Source: Candidatus Vogelbacteria bacterium (lineage in GTDB: Bacteria > Patescibacteriota > Minisyncoccia > Phycocordibacterales > JACOZG01). Taken from it: 53,257 nucleotides of DNA. Position 1 is the first letter of the stretch. Each line of letters opens with the position of its first letter. The stretch covers positions 1 to 53,257 of the forward strand of contig JACOZG010000021.1 of the NCBI GenBank assembly GCA_016181465.1, written 5' to 3'. This document shows positions 8,872 to 20,546 of this stretch, in pieces. Under the pieces are notes generated by a model that was given only the letters and a program-made list of their open reading frames with translations, made no database searches and was not told where the DNA came from. The position numbers and the translations under genes are program-made.

Positions 8872-8960
8872 CGAGGACGGGGGAAAGAAATTTAGGGCGG
8901 CGCCACACGGTGCCGCCTCTTTGCGTATTTTTTGAGCTTCTGGCACAATGTAAGATAGAT

Positions 8961-9032
8961 TGCGGGGTAGAGCAGTGGTAGCTCGTCGGGCTCATAACCC
9001 GGAGGCCGTTGGTTCGAATCCAACCCCCGCTA
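8961..9032 (+). tRNA. Initiator tRNA-fMet(CAT)
   Basis: 1:72 mismatch, GGG/CCC anticodon stem, CTCATAA loop. Confidence 0.93.
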
Positions 9033-9056
9033 TTAGGAAGAGCAAGACGTTTTCTT

Positions 9057-9129
9057 GTCGGGGTAGCTCAGTTGGTAGAGCACGGGACTCATAAGCCCGC
9101 GGTCGTGGGTTCAAGCCCCACCCCCGACA
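9057..9129 (+). tRNA. tRNA-Met(CAT), elongator (Ile2 not excluded)
   Basis: GTCGGGG/CCCCGAC stem, CTCATAA loop. Confidence 0.85.
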
Positions 9130-9132
9130 TAG

Positions 9133-9207
9133 GCGGGCGTAGTGTAGCCTGGATAACACGTCTCCCTGTCACGGAGAAGACCGCCGGTTCAAATCCGGTC
9201 GCCCGCG
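9133..9207 (+). tRNA. tRNA-Asp(GTC)
   Basis: GCGGGCG/CGCCCGC stem, TCTCC-CTGTCAC-GGAGA arm. Confidence 0.95.
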
Positions 9208-9242
9208 CCCCGAAGTAGAACGATGAAGAGTTAATCGGGAAA

Positions 9243-9707
9243 GTGAGTCAATTATCGAAAAAACTGATCCGGCTTGGCTTCGTGGCCTTGATCACGATCA
9301 TTCTCTTTACCCAAGTTTTTTCTCTGGTTGTCGTTCATGGAAAAAGTATGGAACCGACTTACCGCGAGAACGACCTTGTGCTAGTCAATCGCTTAAGCTA
9401 CTTCGCTGGACCACCCGAGCGCGGCGAGATCGTGGCGATTAAATTCGCCGGACGGAGCCTGATGTTGCTAAAAAGAATTATTGGTTTGCCCGGCGAGACC
9501 GTCATAATCAGCGATGGCCAGATTTCGATTAACGGCACGGCTCTCGCCGAACCATATCTTATTTCTCCCCTCCCCTGGAATCTGCCGGCTCGAGTTCTCG
9601 CCGCCGAAGAATATTTTGTGATCGGTGACAATCGGCGACAAGCGATAGAGGAACATTTCTTCGGCCGCGTTAAAGCCGAACAGATAGTCGGCCGAGCGCT
9701 ATGGTAA
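9243..9707 (+). CDS. lepB: Signal peptidase I
   Basis: GKSMEPT, LKRIIGLPGE, GDNR. Confidence 0.92.
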   Translation: MSQLSKKLIRLGFVALITIILFTQVFSLVVVHGKSMEPTYRENDLVLVNRLSYFAGPPERGEIVAIKFAGRSLMLLKRIIGLPGETVIISDGQISINGTALAEPYLISPLPWNLPARVLAAEEYFVIGDNRRQAIEEHFFGRVKAEQIVGRALW

Positions 9708-9717
9708 GATTAAACCA

Positions 9718-10212
9718 ATGAACAAAACTTTAGCCATAATCATTTGTTCGCTTCTCGTCGTTGTCGGACTACTGACAATCTGGTATTGGCGAACTAACCC
9801 GGAGCGGCAAATTAGAAAAACTCTGACTACCATGGCTGAACTCGGCTCGTCGCCGGCCGGCGAATCGTCAATTGCTAAAGCCGTTAAGAGTCAGAAATTG
9901 GGGGAGTATTTTTCCGAAGACGGTTTTATCGAATGGCCGGGAGATGAAGTGATTCCGGCCGGACGCTGGACCGGACGCGAGCAGATCAACCAACAAGTGC
10001 TAGCGGCCAAAAACTCGGCCACTTACCAAGTATCAGTTGATGATCTAATTATTGAGACCCGGCGGTGGAACCGGTCAGCCGCCGCTGAATTTACCTTGGT
10101 CGTGCGGGAAGGGGTAAACACCTGGGCTTGGCTTGGCGCTACCCACCTCTTCAAAGATGGCCGGCGTTGGTCGGTAACTCAACTGATATTTGCGCCAATT
10201 TTAAGACGGTAA
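9718..10212 (+). CDS. Membrane-anchored hypothetical protein (possibly NTF2-like)
   Basis: N-terminal TM, alpha/beta pattern. Confidence 0.65.
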   Translation: MNKTLAIIICSLLVVVGLLTIWYWRTNPERQIRKTLTTMAELGSSPAGESSIAKAVKSQKLGEYFSEDGFIEWPGDEVIPAGRWTGREQINQQVLAAKNSATYQVSVDDLIIETRRWNRSAAAEFTLVVREGVNTWAWLGATHLFKDGRRWSVTQLIFAPILRR

Positions 10213-10213
10213 T

Positions 10214-10780
10214 TCAGATAAAATTGAACTCCCGGAAGACGCGTTCGAAACGGTCAAGCGCCGCTCGCGCCTCGCGGCGCGTCAAGACAAACTGGCTGTC
10301 GTGGGCGATTTGATTTCTCGTCTTATGCGCCTCCCAAGCGTCTTGGAGCGAAAGGAAGTCGCTTGGCTCGATGGCCTTTAAGCGCTCGCCCAAATTTTCC
10401 CCGGGATAATTCATCGCTTGAACCATTTCATCGAGCATAATGTCAGCTTCAATGATCGCCTGTTTCCAGTCCGAGGGATTGTCCGAATCCATCACCTTAA
10501 TGAGTTTGGCCCAACGTTCGTCGCGGATAGTTTTGTCTGAACTGTCAGTCCGCACCAAATTCAGAAATCCACGCACCTCTTCTTTCCGCAAGTTGGTAAT
10601 TTTATAAATCAAAATCACAATGGCGGCGGCGAGAATGAGCGAGAGGGCAATCAACCAAACCTTGAGCGCCGTGAGTGATGAAAATAGCGCCACGAGAAAG
10701 GGCAAAATCCCAACCAGAAAACGATAAACCAGATTGAAAAAATACTCCAGATTGAGATAATTTGGTTCAAAGATTGGCAT
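10214..10780 (-). CDS. Hypothetical membrane protein
   Basis: TM segments then WKQAIIEADIMLD..GENLGERLK..AWEAHKTRNQIAH. Confidence 0.8.
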   Translation of the reverse strand: MPIFEPNYLNLEYFFNLVYRFLVGILPFLVALFSSLTALKVWLIALSLILAAAIVILIYKITNLRKEEVRGFLNLVRTDSSDKTIRDERWAKLIKVMDSDNPSDWKQAIIEADIMLDEMVQAMNYPGENLGERLKAIEPSDFLSLQDAWEAHKTRNQIAHDSQFVLTRREARAALDRFERVFREFNFI

Positions 10781-12212
10781 AGTGCTTGGCAATTTGGAAG
10801 AGCCGGCCTTCGCCGCCCGGCGGCGCCATAATCTGCAGGCCAAACGGCAAACCGCTCGCCGCTCGACCGGACGGAATCGAGATCGCCGGCAGACCGGCGA
10901 GATTGGCCGGGACAGTAAACAAATCTTCTAAGTACATCTGAACCGGATCGGCCAGACGCTCGCCGAGCTTAAAGGCCGGCGCCGGCGTGGTCGGCGTCAG
11001 AATAGCGTCCACCTGATTGAAGGCGGCGGCAAACTCACTCGCGATCGCCTGTTTAACGGCAAAGGCCTTAGCATAATAAGCGTCATAGTAACCAGCCGAG
11101 AGCGCGTAAGTGCCGAGGATCACTCGCCGTCTGACTTCCAAGCCGAAACCGTTGCCCCGCGTCGTCCGATAATCGTCAAACAGATCCTGCCCCGGAAAAT
11201 ACGAGCCGTAACGGATGCCGTCGTAACGAGCCAGATTGGATGAGGCCTCGGCCGGCATAATCACATAATAGGCGGCTAGGGCATAAGGAGCAGTCGGCAA
11301 ATCAATATCCATAATTTCATAACCGGCCGCGGCTAAACTGGCTGTCGCCACGGAAAAATTTTCGGCGCCGGCGCGGTTCAAACCCTGATCTAAGAAACGG
11401 CGCGGCACGCCAAGTTTAAATTTCTTAAATTTCTCAAGGTTCGACCTTGAGACTTTGGAAATTAAAGGTCGAACCTTTTCTGATAAAGAAGTAGAATCAT
11501 TCTCGTCTCGCCCCTTGATCACCTCAAAAATCCTTTCAACATCGTCCGCCGTCCGCGCTAACGGTCCAATCTGGTCAAACGACGGGGCCAGAGCGATCAA
11601 ACCAAAGCGCGACACCGCGCCGTAAGTCGGTTTCAAGCCAAGCACGCCGCAGAAAGCCGCTGGCTGACGCACCGAGCCGCCGGTATCCGATCCGAGGGCG
11701 GCGAGAGCGAGGCCGGCGGCGAGAGCCGCGGCCGAGCCGCCGGAAGAACCACCAGCCACGCGCTCGGGGTCATGAGGATTTTTGGTCGGACCAAAAGCCG
11801 AATTTTCGGTCGAAGCGCCCATCGCAAACTCGTCCATATTGGTCCGACCGAGGAAGACGGCGCCGGCGGCGCGCAGTTTCGCAATCACGGTGGCGTCGTA
11901 GGCCGCGGTGTAATTTTCCAGCATCTTCGACCCGGCGCTGGCGCGCCGGCCCTTGATCAAAATATTATCTTTGACGGCAATGGGCACGCCCTCAAGCGCC
12001 CGCAACGGTTCGCCCGAGGCCAAACGACGATCAATGGCCTCGGCGGCGGTTAAGGCATCGTCAAAAACTTCAAGGTAGGCATTGAGCCCGGGATTTATTT
12101 TCTCAATCTGTTTTAGATAATATTCGACGAGCTCGCTGGCGCGCCACGCGCCGCGAGCCAAACCCTCGAGCCACCGAGCAATCGTCAATTGCGAAAAATC
12201 ACGAACCGCCAT
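10767..12212 (-). CDS. gatA: Asp/Glu-tRNA amidotransferase subunit A
   Basis: VKDNI, GGSSGGS, GSDTGGSVRQPA; real start MAVRD overlaps the gatC end. Confidence 0.96.
   Translation of the reverse strand: MAVRDFSQLTIARWLEGLARGAWRASELVEYYLKQIEKINPGLNAYLEVFDDALTAAEAIDRRLASGEPLRALEGVPIAVKDNILIKGRRASAGSKMLENYTAAYDATVIAKLRAAGAVFLGRTNMDEFAMGASTENSAFGPTKNPHDPERVAGGSSGGSAAALAAGLALAALGSDTGGSVRQPAAFCGVLGLKPTYGAVSRFGLIALAPSFDQIGPLARTADDVERIFEVIKGRDENDSTSLSEKVRPLISKVSRSNLEKFKKFKLGVPRRFLDQGLNRAGAENFSVATASLAAAGYEIMDIDLPTAPYALAAYYVIMPAEASSNLARYDGIRYGSYFPGQDLFDDYRTTRGNGFGLEVRRRVILGTYALSAGYYDAYYAKAFAVKQAIASEFAAAFNQVDAILTPTTPAPAFKLGERLADPVQMYLEDLFTVPANLAGLPAISIPSGRAASGLPFGLQIMAPPGGEGRLFQIAKHYANL
11430..11480. 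repeat. Inverted REP doublet in-frame within gatA
   Basis: CTCAAGGTTCGACCTTGAG..AAAGGTCGAACCTTT, read as EKVRPLISKVSRSNLEK. Confidence 0.85.
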
Positions 12213-12540
12213 TTTTGTCACCGAAGATCGCCTTGACCTTGAAGTAAGGGCCTTCGGTCGTCGGCGCGGCGGCGCGCAACTTCTCTGCCTCGGCGGCGGC
12301 CGCGCCGCCGGCAGACGGATTATCTTCCCGCAAAACATTAACTGGAACAGTTTTCCAAGATTCGACCTTAAGACTTTGGGTTTTAAAGGTCGAACCTTTT
12401 CCGGTCGGAGCGGCTTGTTTGAGCTGATCAACATAATCAAGAATCGCGCCGAGGTCATTGAGCAATCCGGCCTGCTCGGCCGTGGTCAAGTTAATCCGCG
12501 CCAGCGACGCTAATTGAGTCAGTTCTTTTTCTCCCATCAT
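12199..12540 (-). CDS. gatC: Asp/Glu-tRNA amidotransferase subunit C
   Basis: LASLARI..ILDYVDQL..NVLRED..YFKVKAI, upstream of gatA. Confidence 0.92.
   Translation of the reverse strand: MMGEKELTQLASLARINLTTAEQAGLLNDLGAILDYVDQLKQAAPTGKGSTFKTQSLKVESWKTVPVNVLREDNPSAGGAAAAEAEKLRAAAPTTEGPYFKVKAIFGDKNGGS
12351..12401. repeat. Inverted REP doublet in-frame within gatC
   Basis: CAAGATTCGACCTTAAGACTTTGG..AAAGGTCGAACCTTTT, a near copy of the gatA unit. Confidence 0.85.
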
Positions 12541-12552
12541 TGTTTCAGTCTA

Positions 12553-14700
<2,148 letters not shown>

Positions 14701-14737
14701 TTATAATAACCAGGTCAAATCACCCCGCGAGAAAATC

Positions 14738-16447
14738 CTACGGCCCGCCACCGCCGATATTGTAAATAAACCTTAACTCGCGCTGGCCGCTCAAACCATC
14801 ACCAAGAATAGACAAAGTTATGAAATAGGGACTGCCATCTCTAAGTGCGATTGACCTATCCGGTATCATTATCTGGAAGTGAGTTGAATAATTATTAGAA
14901 CTTGATAAGGTGCTGCACTGACTTCGTTGGCCGCAATAACCAGGATCATCATCAAAATCACAAAATGTTCTTTGGGTATCATCGTTGACTATATTATATA
15001 TGGACATTCCTCCGGAACTTGAAATGAATGAATCAATGCAGACTTTCGCATTCCTCTCTTCCAAAACACTATTATCTCCGCCATCGATCCGAGTCACGCT
15101 GATTGTGGCTGGCGGCGTATAAGCCGGCTGGCCAGAATTATGGGAATCAATTTTCAAAATCGCCGGAGTAGAATCTATAGTAACTTCTACCAAGTCTACC
15201 GCCGGATTCCTGAATTTAGCAGTCACAAATTTATCCCCAGTGCTCATATCCAAACCGCATGGCGAGGTTCCCGGACAAACAACATCAGATCCATTAACGA
15301 TCCAACCATCAAACACACAAGCAACTTCATCACCGGTATCTGGATCTAAACAGGCTCCAGAACCCAATGGGTCCGGTGTGCCAGTCAAAGTAACCGTGTC
15401 AGTAACGGAATATGTGTTTGAACAAATATCCCGACAACCGTTGCTTATCCAGTCAGACGGTAACGGATTGCTACCGGAATTATCAGCTGTCACTTTGCCA
15501 TAAGTGCCACCACTGACTGTAACGGAAAGTTGGGGCGTATTAGGATTTGAAACGGTTATCCGGCAAGTAGCAGTACCGTTTCCGCCATTGGTCACAGTGA
15601 CCGTCCCTTCTTTATTATTGTCAGCGGTACTATAAGTTTTAGTTACAGTGCGTCCCGAGGCGGTAGGTTGACCATCATTCCAAGACCAATTATAGGTATA
15701 ACTTGAGTCAGTAGGATTAGTTGTTTCCCAAGTAACATCCACTGTGCCAGTGATCGGATCAAGATCAAAATTTGTTTTCTGATTACCGTTAGCATCTGTG
15801 GTCTGGCATTGAACATTGAGTGTGTCCAGAGTTACGCAAGCGGCATCACCCAGAGTTGGATCGCTGTCCTTGGGACAAAAATCAATCCAACCGACCACAT
15901 CCGCGCCCCAGGCATAATCTCTCAACTGACCGGAATTAGTATCGTAAGTTACGCCATAAGGACTACCATCAACTGCGGTCCCCTCCATACTGATCCAACC
16001 GTCCCAGCCGCCGCGGTCGCTGTCTAATTTCAAACCATAATTATCGGCCGGGTCATTATTACCCTGGCAACCACTCTTGAAAACCGAACAAGCTCTGATC
16101 CAACCCGTCACTTGACCGGTGGCAGGATTCAGTTGGGCCGCCGCGCCAGATTGTCCGGACGGCAAAGCGTTTCCGCCGCTACCAATGATCGGATTAAAAC
16201 GAATCCAGCCGATGTTTGAACTCCAGGCGTACTTCTCAAATTCATTAACAGCAGACAAACTAACGCCATCATTAAATCCATTGAAACTGATCCAGCCAAT
16301 GTTAGAGCTCCAGGCATAACCAGACAAATCATGCGCTACGCCATTAGTTCCTTCAGCTACCGGCAAAGAGATAAAACCGGAGTAAAAACCAGCGACACTA
16401 AAAAAAAGAAACAGACCCAAAACTAAAATACGCCATGGAATTTTCAT
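14738..16447 (-). CDS. Large secreted, pilus-associated adhesin-like protein
   Basis: Signal/TM, repeated YAWSSNIGWI motifs, PKD-like and Cys-rich beta domains; last gene of the minor pilin run; start uncertain. Confidence 0.75.
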   Translation of the reverse strand: MKIPWRILVLGLFLFFSVAGFYSGFISLPVAEGTNGVAHDLSGYAWSSNIGWISFNGFNDGVSLSAVNEFEKYAWSSNIGWIRFNPIIGSGGNALPSGQSGAAAQLNPATGQVTGWIRACSVFKSGCQGNNDPADNYGLKLDSDRGGWDGWISMEGTAVDGSPYGVTYDTNSGQLRDYAWGADVVGWIDFCPKDSDPTLGDAACVTLDTLNVQCQTTDANGNQKTNFDLDPITGTVDVTWETTNPTDSSYTYNWSWNDGQPTASGRTVTKTYSTADNNKEGTVTVTNGGNGTATCRITVSNPNTPQLSVTVSGGTYGKVTADNSGSNPLPSDWISNGCRDICSNTYSVTDTVTLTGTPDPLGSGACLDPDTGDEVACVFDGWIVNGSDVVCPGTSPCGLDMSTGDKFVTAKFRNPAVDLVEVTIDSTPAILKIDSHNSGQPAYTPPATISVTRIDGGDNSVLEERNAKVCIDSFISSSGGMSIYNIVNDDTQRTFCDFDDDPGYCGQRSQCSTLSSSNNYSTHFQIMIPDRSIALRDGSPYFITLSILGDGLSGQRELRFIYNIGGGGP

Positions 16448-16520
16448 ACTACTAAAATATTTTAGCATCCGAACAACCTTATCGCTACTAAACTTATCCA
16501 CAATTCTATCTTTATCAACA

Positions 16521-17207
16521 CTACCCGGCTAATGTCTTGATCCTGATCCTCCTCTCAACTTGACGCGAGCTTGTTTCTGGTGGATCAGCGCAAGGATGAA
16601 CACTGTTATAGCCCAGGGCGGAAACCATGATTGCCTTCTCATCAGTATCACCTTCATTTTCACCTGGGAAATTGTCATAATTTTCTTCGCTTCCAATCTT
16701 GGCCACAGTTACAATAGCGCAGCCACCATTCAATCCAGAACCAGTTAATTTATAATTACTCTCAATACCGTCAGCGCCAAAACCAATTCTGGCGATGTCG
16801 CCAGAAGGATCACCAACATTAATACTAATATCATTTCCACTGCCATTACCACAAGTATAGACCAAGGCACCGATTGACCAAGGAGGAGTAGATTTTTCGA
16901 GAGAATAAAAAGGAGGGGTGGAAAAAAATTTAAATACTCCAAATGGATTATTATCGGTATCGTCAGTAATGTAAGGATCCGGGTCATTAAAGGACTGATT
17001 GGCCATTAAAATACAATCCACCGCGCTCCAGGCGTTGAAATGCGCCACTTGGGATTCGCGGCTCACGGCGGTCAAAACGATCTGCTTAAAAGTGATGTTC
17101 AGTAAACTCAAACTGATGGTCAAGACAATGCTAACCAAGAGCACGGCGTAGAGCAGGGCGACGCCCCTATTTTTCACCTTATTATTCTGGGATTTTGTTA
17201 AATGCAT
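16521..17207 (-). CDS. Minor pilin, PilX-like
   Basis: RG|VALLYAVLL without Glu5. Confidence 0.8.
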   Translation of the reverse strand: MHLTKSQNNKVKNRGVALLYAVLLVSIVLTISLSLLNITFKQIVLTAVSRESQVAHFNAWSAVDCILMANQSFNDPDPYITDDTDNNPFGVFKFFSTPPFYSLEKSTPPWSIGALVYTCGNGSGNDISINVGDPSGDIARIGFGADGIESNYKLTGSGLNGGCAIVTVAKIGSEENYDNFPGENEGDTDEKAIMVSALGYNSVHPCADPPETSSRQVERRIRIKTLAG

Positions 17208-17766
17208 AGCGGTACAAATTAATACTCTTATCTGTTACATCCGTTGCCTTATTTTTCCACTTAACTGTTGAGGTCAACAAAACCTCTTCGCCGGTAACCA
17301 ATTCTAACACTCGTAGAGTTCTGATGAACATCGGCCCGACCAAATTACAGCCAGAGCAATCTGCCAAGGGCCGATAAAAACCGGTACTAGAATCAAAAGC
17401 CAATGTGCATCTACCTTCATTCGGCACGACGCAAGAAAGGAAGGAAAAACCGGACAAATTTGGAGCAGTATAAGATTCAAAAACTACGGCGCAATCGTTA
17501 CCAAGACAATCCCCCAATCCGTCCAGAAAACCAGCCGGTGGGGGGCCAAAAGAAGTCATGCCTTCTTCCAACCTGGTGCTTAAAAGTTCCAATCCTTCTT
17601 GCGCCAGATAAGTGCCGATGAGCTGATTGCCGGCGTAGAGGCCGTCGGTGATGCCGCGGGTGGCGGCGGTCATCGGGCCCAAGACGCCTATTAGGAGCAC
17701 GGTAATCGCCACCAATGATTCGATCAGAGTGAATCCCTCAATAATTTTTTGCTTTTCGCTTTGCAT
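17182..17766 (-). CDS. Minor pilin, PilV-like
   Basis: G|FTLIESLVAI. Confidence 0.85.
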   Translation of the reverse strand: MQSEKQKIIEGFTLIESLVAITVLLIGVLGPMTAATRGITDGLYAGNQLIGTYLAQEGLELLSTRLEEGMTSFGPPPAGFLDGLGDCLGNDCAVVFESYTAPNLSGFSFLSCVVPNEGRCTLAFDSSTGFYRPLADCSGCNLVGPMFIRTLRVLELVTGEEVLLTSTVKWKNKATDVTDKSINLYRYAFNKIPE

Positions 17767-17775
17767 TTTACGCTT

Positions 17776-18300
17776 CTAATAATTGGCCTTGACGGTGGTT
17801 TGGAGATTAAACTCGGTCGTAGTTTTACCAGGTACTTGACCTTTAATAACTATGACGGCCTTCGTCTTTCTTCCTGCGGAACTAGGCACATAAAATCTGA
17901 CATCTTCAATATCCACTTCAGTAGAAGTGATATCTGTATAATCAGCAACACCACCGCGAGCAATCTGAATCTTGCCTAAACCGGTGCTATCTTCAAAACG
18001 ATAACGGATAATCTCATCGTTAGCATTATTACGCTTGGACCTAAAAACAAGATGATCGCCACCGTTACAATTATCTAGCAAATTCGCGCTACCTGTTCCG
18101 CAACCAAAGTCCCCACCTTCCCGCAGGTTGAAGACCATGCTGTCCATGGCAAAGCTGACATTGTCCATCGCGATTTTGATCGCCTGGGCCTTACGATTGA
18201 CTTCTGAAGCCGTCACCAAGGCGCCGGTGGTGATCACCGCCACAATGGCGAAAATAGACACCGCGACCATAATTTCAATTAAAGTAAAACCTCGCTTCAT
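17776..18300 (-). CDS. Minor pilin, PilW-like
   Basis: RG|FTLIEIMVA. Confidence 0.85.
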   Translation of the reverse strand: MKRGFTLIEIMVAVSIFAIVAVITTGALVTASEVNRKAQAIKIAMDNVSFAMDSMVFNLREGGDFGCGTGSANLLDNCNGGDHLVFRSKRNNANDEIIRYRFEDSTGLGKIQIARGGVADYTDITSTEVDIEDVRFYVPSSAGRKTKAVIVIKGQVPGKTTTEFNLQTTVKANY

Positions 18301-18896
18301 GTTGGGTTTTTAACCGAGATTTGGCCGGTGTTCCAAACCTCGACCCACTTTTGGTCACTAGTTCTCGTTGATTTTAACACTATTCGGACATAACTAGGAG
18401 CCGGGGCCAAACCGATGAAGGTCGCCTCAGGGTAAAAACGTTGGAACAGAATGTCTAGCTTTTGCGGACTAAGATTGGCACAAGAAGAACCGCAACCCTG
18501 CAAACTTTCTATTTCCGCCGCGCCGCGGATGGCGAATTTTTCAACAATCTGATCAGTCGCATCATAGCCTTGAGTTGAACCGGTTTTATCGGCGTACAAA
18601 ATAAAAGATTTTTTACCATCGGAAATGGACAAATCAAAATAAAGTCCGTAGGCCGGGAAAGAACTGGCCCCGGCCGCGCGCGTGCCGATGCCGTAGACCT
18701 GGGCCTGGCGGATGGTCGTGGCGATCTCCTGGGCGATCAGTTGGAGCGCGGTTTTGTCGCGGAACGCCGGGAAGTTAGCCATCACCACGCCGAGCATAAT
18801 AAGGAAAATGGTCAAGACCACCATGATCTCAATCAGGGTTAACCCCGACTGACGTCTAAACGGCAAACGATAAATTGGACAAGAGAGCAAAGACAT
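18297..18896 (-). CDS. Minor pilin, FimT-like
   Basis: SG|LTLIEIMVV..IRQAQ. Confidence 0.82.
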   Translation of the reverse strand: MSLLSCPIYRLPFRRQSGLTLIEIMVVLTIFLIMLGVVMANFPAFRDKTALQLIAQEIATTIRQAQVYGIGTRAAGASSFPAYGLYFDLSISDGKKSFILYADKTGSTQGYDATDQIVEKFAIRGAAEIESLQGCGSSCANLSPQKLDILFQRFYPEATFIGLAPAPSYVRIVLKSTRTSDQKWVEVWNTGQISVKNPT

Positions 18897-19617
18897 CAAG
18901 GTGGAATAAATAAACAAGCGCGGCGCCGAGGAAAAGAAAGGGCGCGAACGGCACCTCGCTCTTTAAATTATAACTTTTTAGCGCCACGAGCGCGAGGCCG
19001 ACCAGGGCGCCGGACCAAAACGCGAGCGCCGCGGCCGAGAAGGTCGCTGGCCAGCCGAGGAAAAGACCGAGGCCGAGCGCGAGTTTGGCGTCGCCAAGGC
19101 CGAGCCACCGGCCGCGCGAGACAAACCATAAAAGCCAAAGGGAGAGGCCGAAAGCGAGGCCGACGAGAGCGGCGTTGCCGGCCCAGCCCAGCCAAACCGA
19201 CCGCAGGAGAGCGACGACGATCAAGCCGTAGACAAAATGATCCGGAATAATCTTGTGTCGCCAGTCGTAGACCGTGATGACAATGAGCAGACTAAAAATA
19301 ATCCAGTCCACGACAAGGGTCCAAGCGAGGCCGTTGCCGCGCCAGAAACTGCCGAGGAAGAGTGCGGCCGTGAGCAATTCGACCACGGGATACTGCCAAG
19401 AAATTTTAGCTTGGCAGGTGCGGCAGCGGCCGAGCTGGATGAGAAAGCTCAAGACCGGAACGAGCTCAAACCACTTGAGCTCCTGACCGCAAATTAAACA
19501 GCCGGACCGGCCGAGCACCGTGTACCCGGTTTGGTAACGGTAAATCACGACATTCAAAAAACTGCCGACGATCAAACCGAAAATGAACACTGCCAACGGT
19601 ATTAACCAAATCATCAC
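18856..19617 (-). CDS. pilD: Prepilin peptidase (A24)
   Basis: GSFLNVVIYR, CxxC pairs, YDWRHKIIPD, GLGDAKL, PFAPFL. Confidence 0.93.
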   Translation of the reverse strand: MMIWLIPLAVFIFGLIVGSFLNVVIYRYQTGYTVLGRSGCLICGQELKWFELVPVLSFLIQLGRCRTCQAKISWQYPVVELLTAALFLGSFWRGNGLAWTLVVDWIIFSLLIVITVYDWRHKIIPDHFVYGLIVVALLRSVWLGWAGNAALVGLAFGLSLWLLWFVSRGRWLGLGDAKLALGLGLFLGWPATFSAAALAFWSGALVGLALVALKSYNLKSEVPFAPFLFLGAALVYLFHLDVFALLSNLSFAV

Positions 19618-19684
19618 CTTAAATTATAACACGCGCCTAACACACCACCCCCTGACTTATCCACCACCAGAGTTACCGGCAAGA

Positions 19685-19710
19685 CCGGCAAGGTTAAACC
19701 TCGACAATAG
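19685..19710. repeat. REP copy at the 3' end of RAYT, inverted relative to the upstream copies
   Basis: Reverse complement CTATTGTCGAGGTTTAACCTTGCCGG; supplies the RAYT stop codon. Confidence 0.85.
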
Positions 19711-20380
19711 CATCGTCAAAATTTATCCACAAGTTCAGAAAATCATCGAAATCTTTGCGACTTTGAAAATAATTTGGGAAATCATCTGGGGTAAGAATTT
19801 TATTGTGTGATCGCGGTAAACCAGTGTAATAGTGGTAACTTGAATACTCGTAACCGTTCAAAAATTCTTTTGCGGTCTCTTTATTTCTAATCGTCTTTCC
19901 TTCCCAATCTTTAGGGTCAACAGTTTTCACCGGATTGAGATGAATATATGCCAGAAGATAATTTAGATAACGATCATTGTCCACATGCTGGGCTTTGAAC
20001 GTACTTTCAAATAAACCGCCCGTCCGTTGGTATTTTTTATTAAAATACATCGAATAACCAGTTTGGAGCTTTTGCATCATGAGAGAAATACCCTTATCTT
20101 CTTTTTCTCTCACTAACAAGTGGAAGTGGTTTGGCATTAAGCAATAGGCGCCAACATCAACTAAACGTTCGTTCAAACTAATTGGAATCACGTTGAAAAT
20201 ATTTTCGACATTCTGTCCCGGCCAATCGCTGGGGTGAAATTGCTCTTTGCTGTTAGCGAGATAGAGCGATGCGAGAAATCTAATGTGATCACGATGATCA
20301 AGAAAGGTTTGGCGTTTGTCAAAACCGCGGTTGTAAAGATGATAATACTCACCCGGGGCAAAAGAGAATTTCCTGGTCAT
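19694..20380 (-). mobile_element. REP-associated tyrosine transposase (RAYT, Y1 HUH family)
   Basis: YHLYNRG, AYCLMPNHFHLL (HUH), YFNKKYQRTGGLF, YIHLNP, YEYSSY; flanked by REPs. Confidence 0.9.
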
Positions 20381-20406
20381 TAAGTTTCAGTTTAATTCCA
20401 TTGCTA

Positions 20407-20536
20407 TCTTATGTCAAGGTTTAACCTTGCCAAAACCACGGTAAAGAAAAACCGGCATTTTTGCCGGAATCTCTTATGTCAAGGTTTAACCTTGCCGGAG
20501 GCTACTTATGTCAAGGTTTAACCTTGCCGGAGGCTA
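20407..20536. repeat. Three REP copies upstream of RAYT
   Basis: CTTATGTCAAGGTTTAACCTTGCC at 20408, 20473 and 20505; the last two form an exact 32-bp tandem. Confidence 0.92.
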
Positions 20537-20546
20537 GGGCTGAAAA

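Noticed and set aside
12213..12458. 82-aa N-terminal extension of GatA
   Set aside because: It is an alternative frame of gatC; the real start is at 12212.
19694..20380. IS200/IS605 element with TnpB
   Set aside because: No tnpB; the protein length and motifs, plus multiple flanking palindromes, fit RAYT.
20407..20536. Repeated palindromic 24-32-mers as a CRISPR array
   Set aside because: No unique equal-length spacers (two copies abut), no cas genes, and the repeats flank a RAYT.
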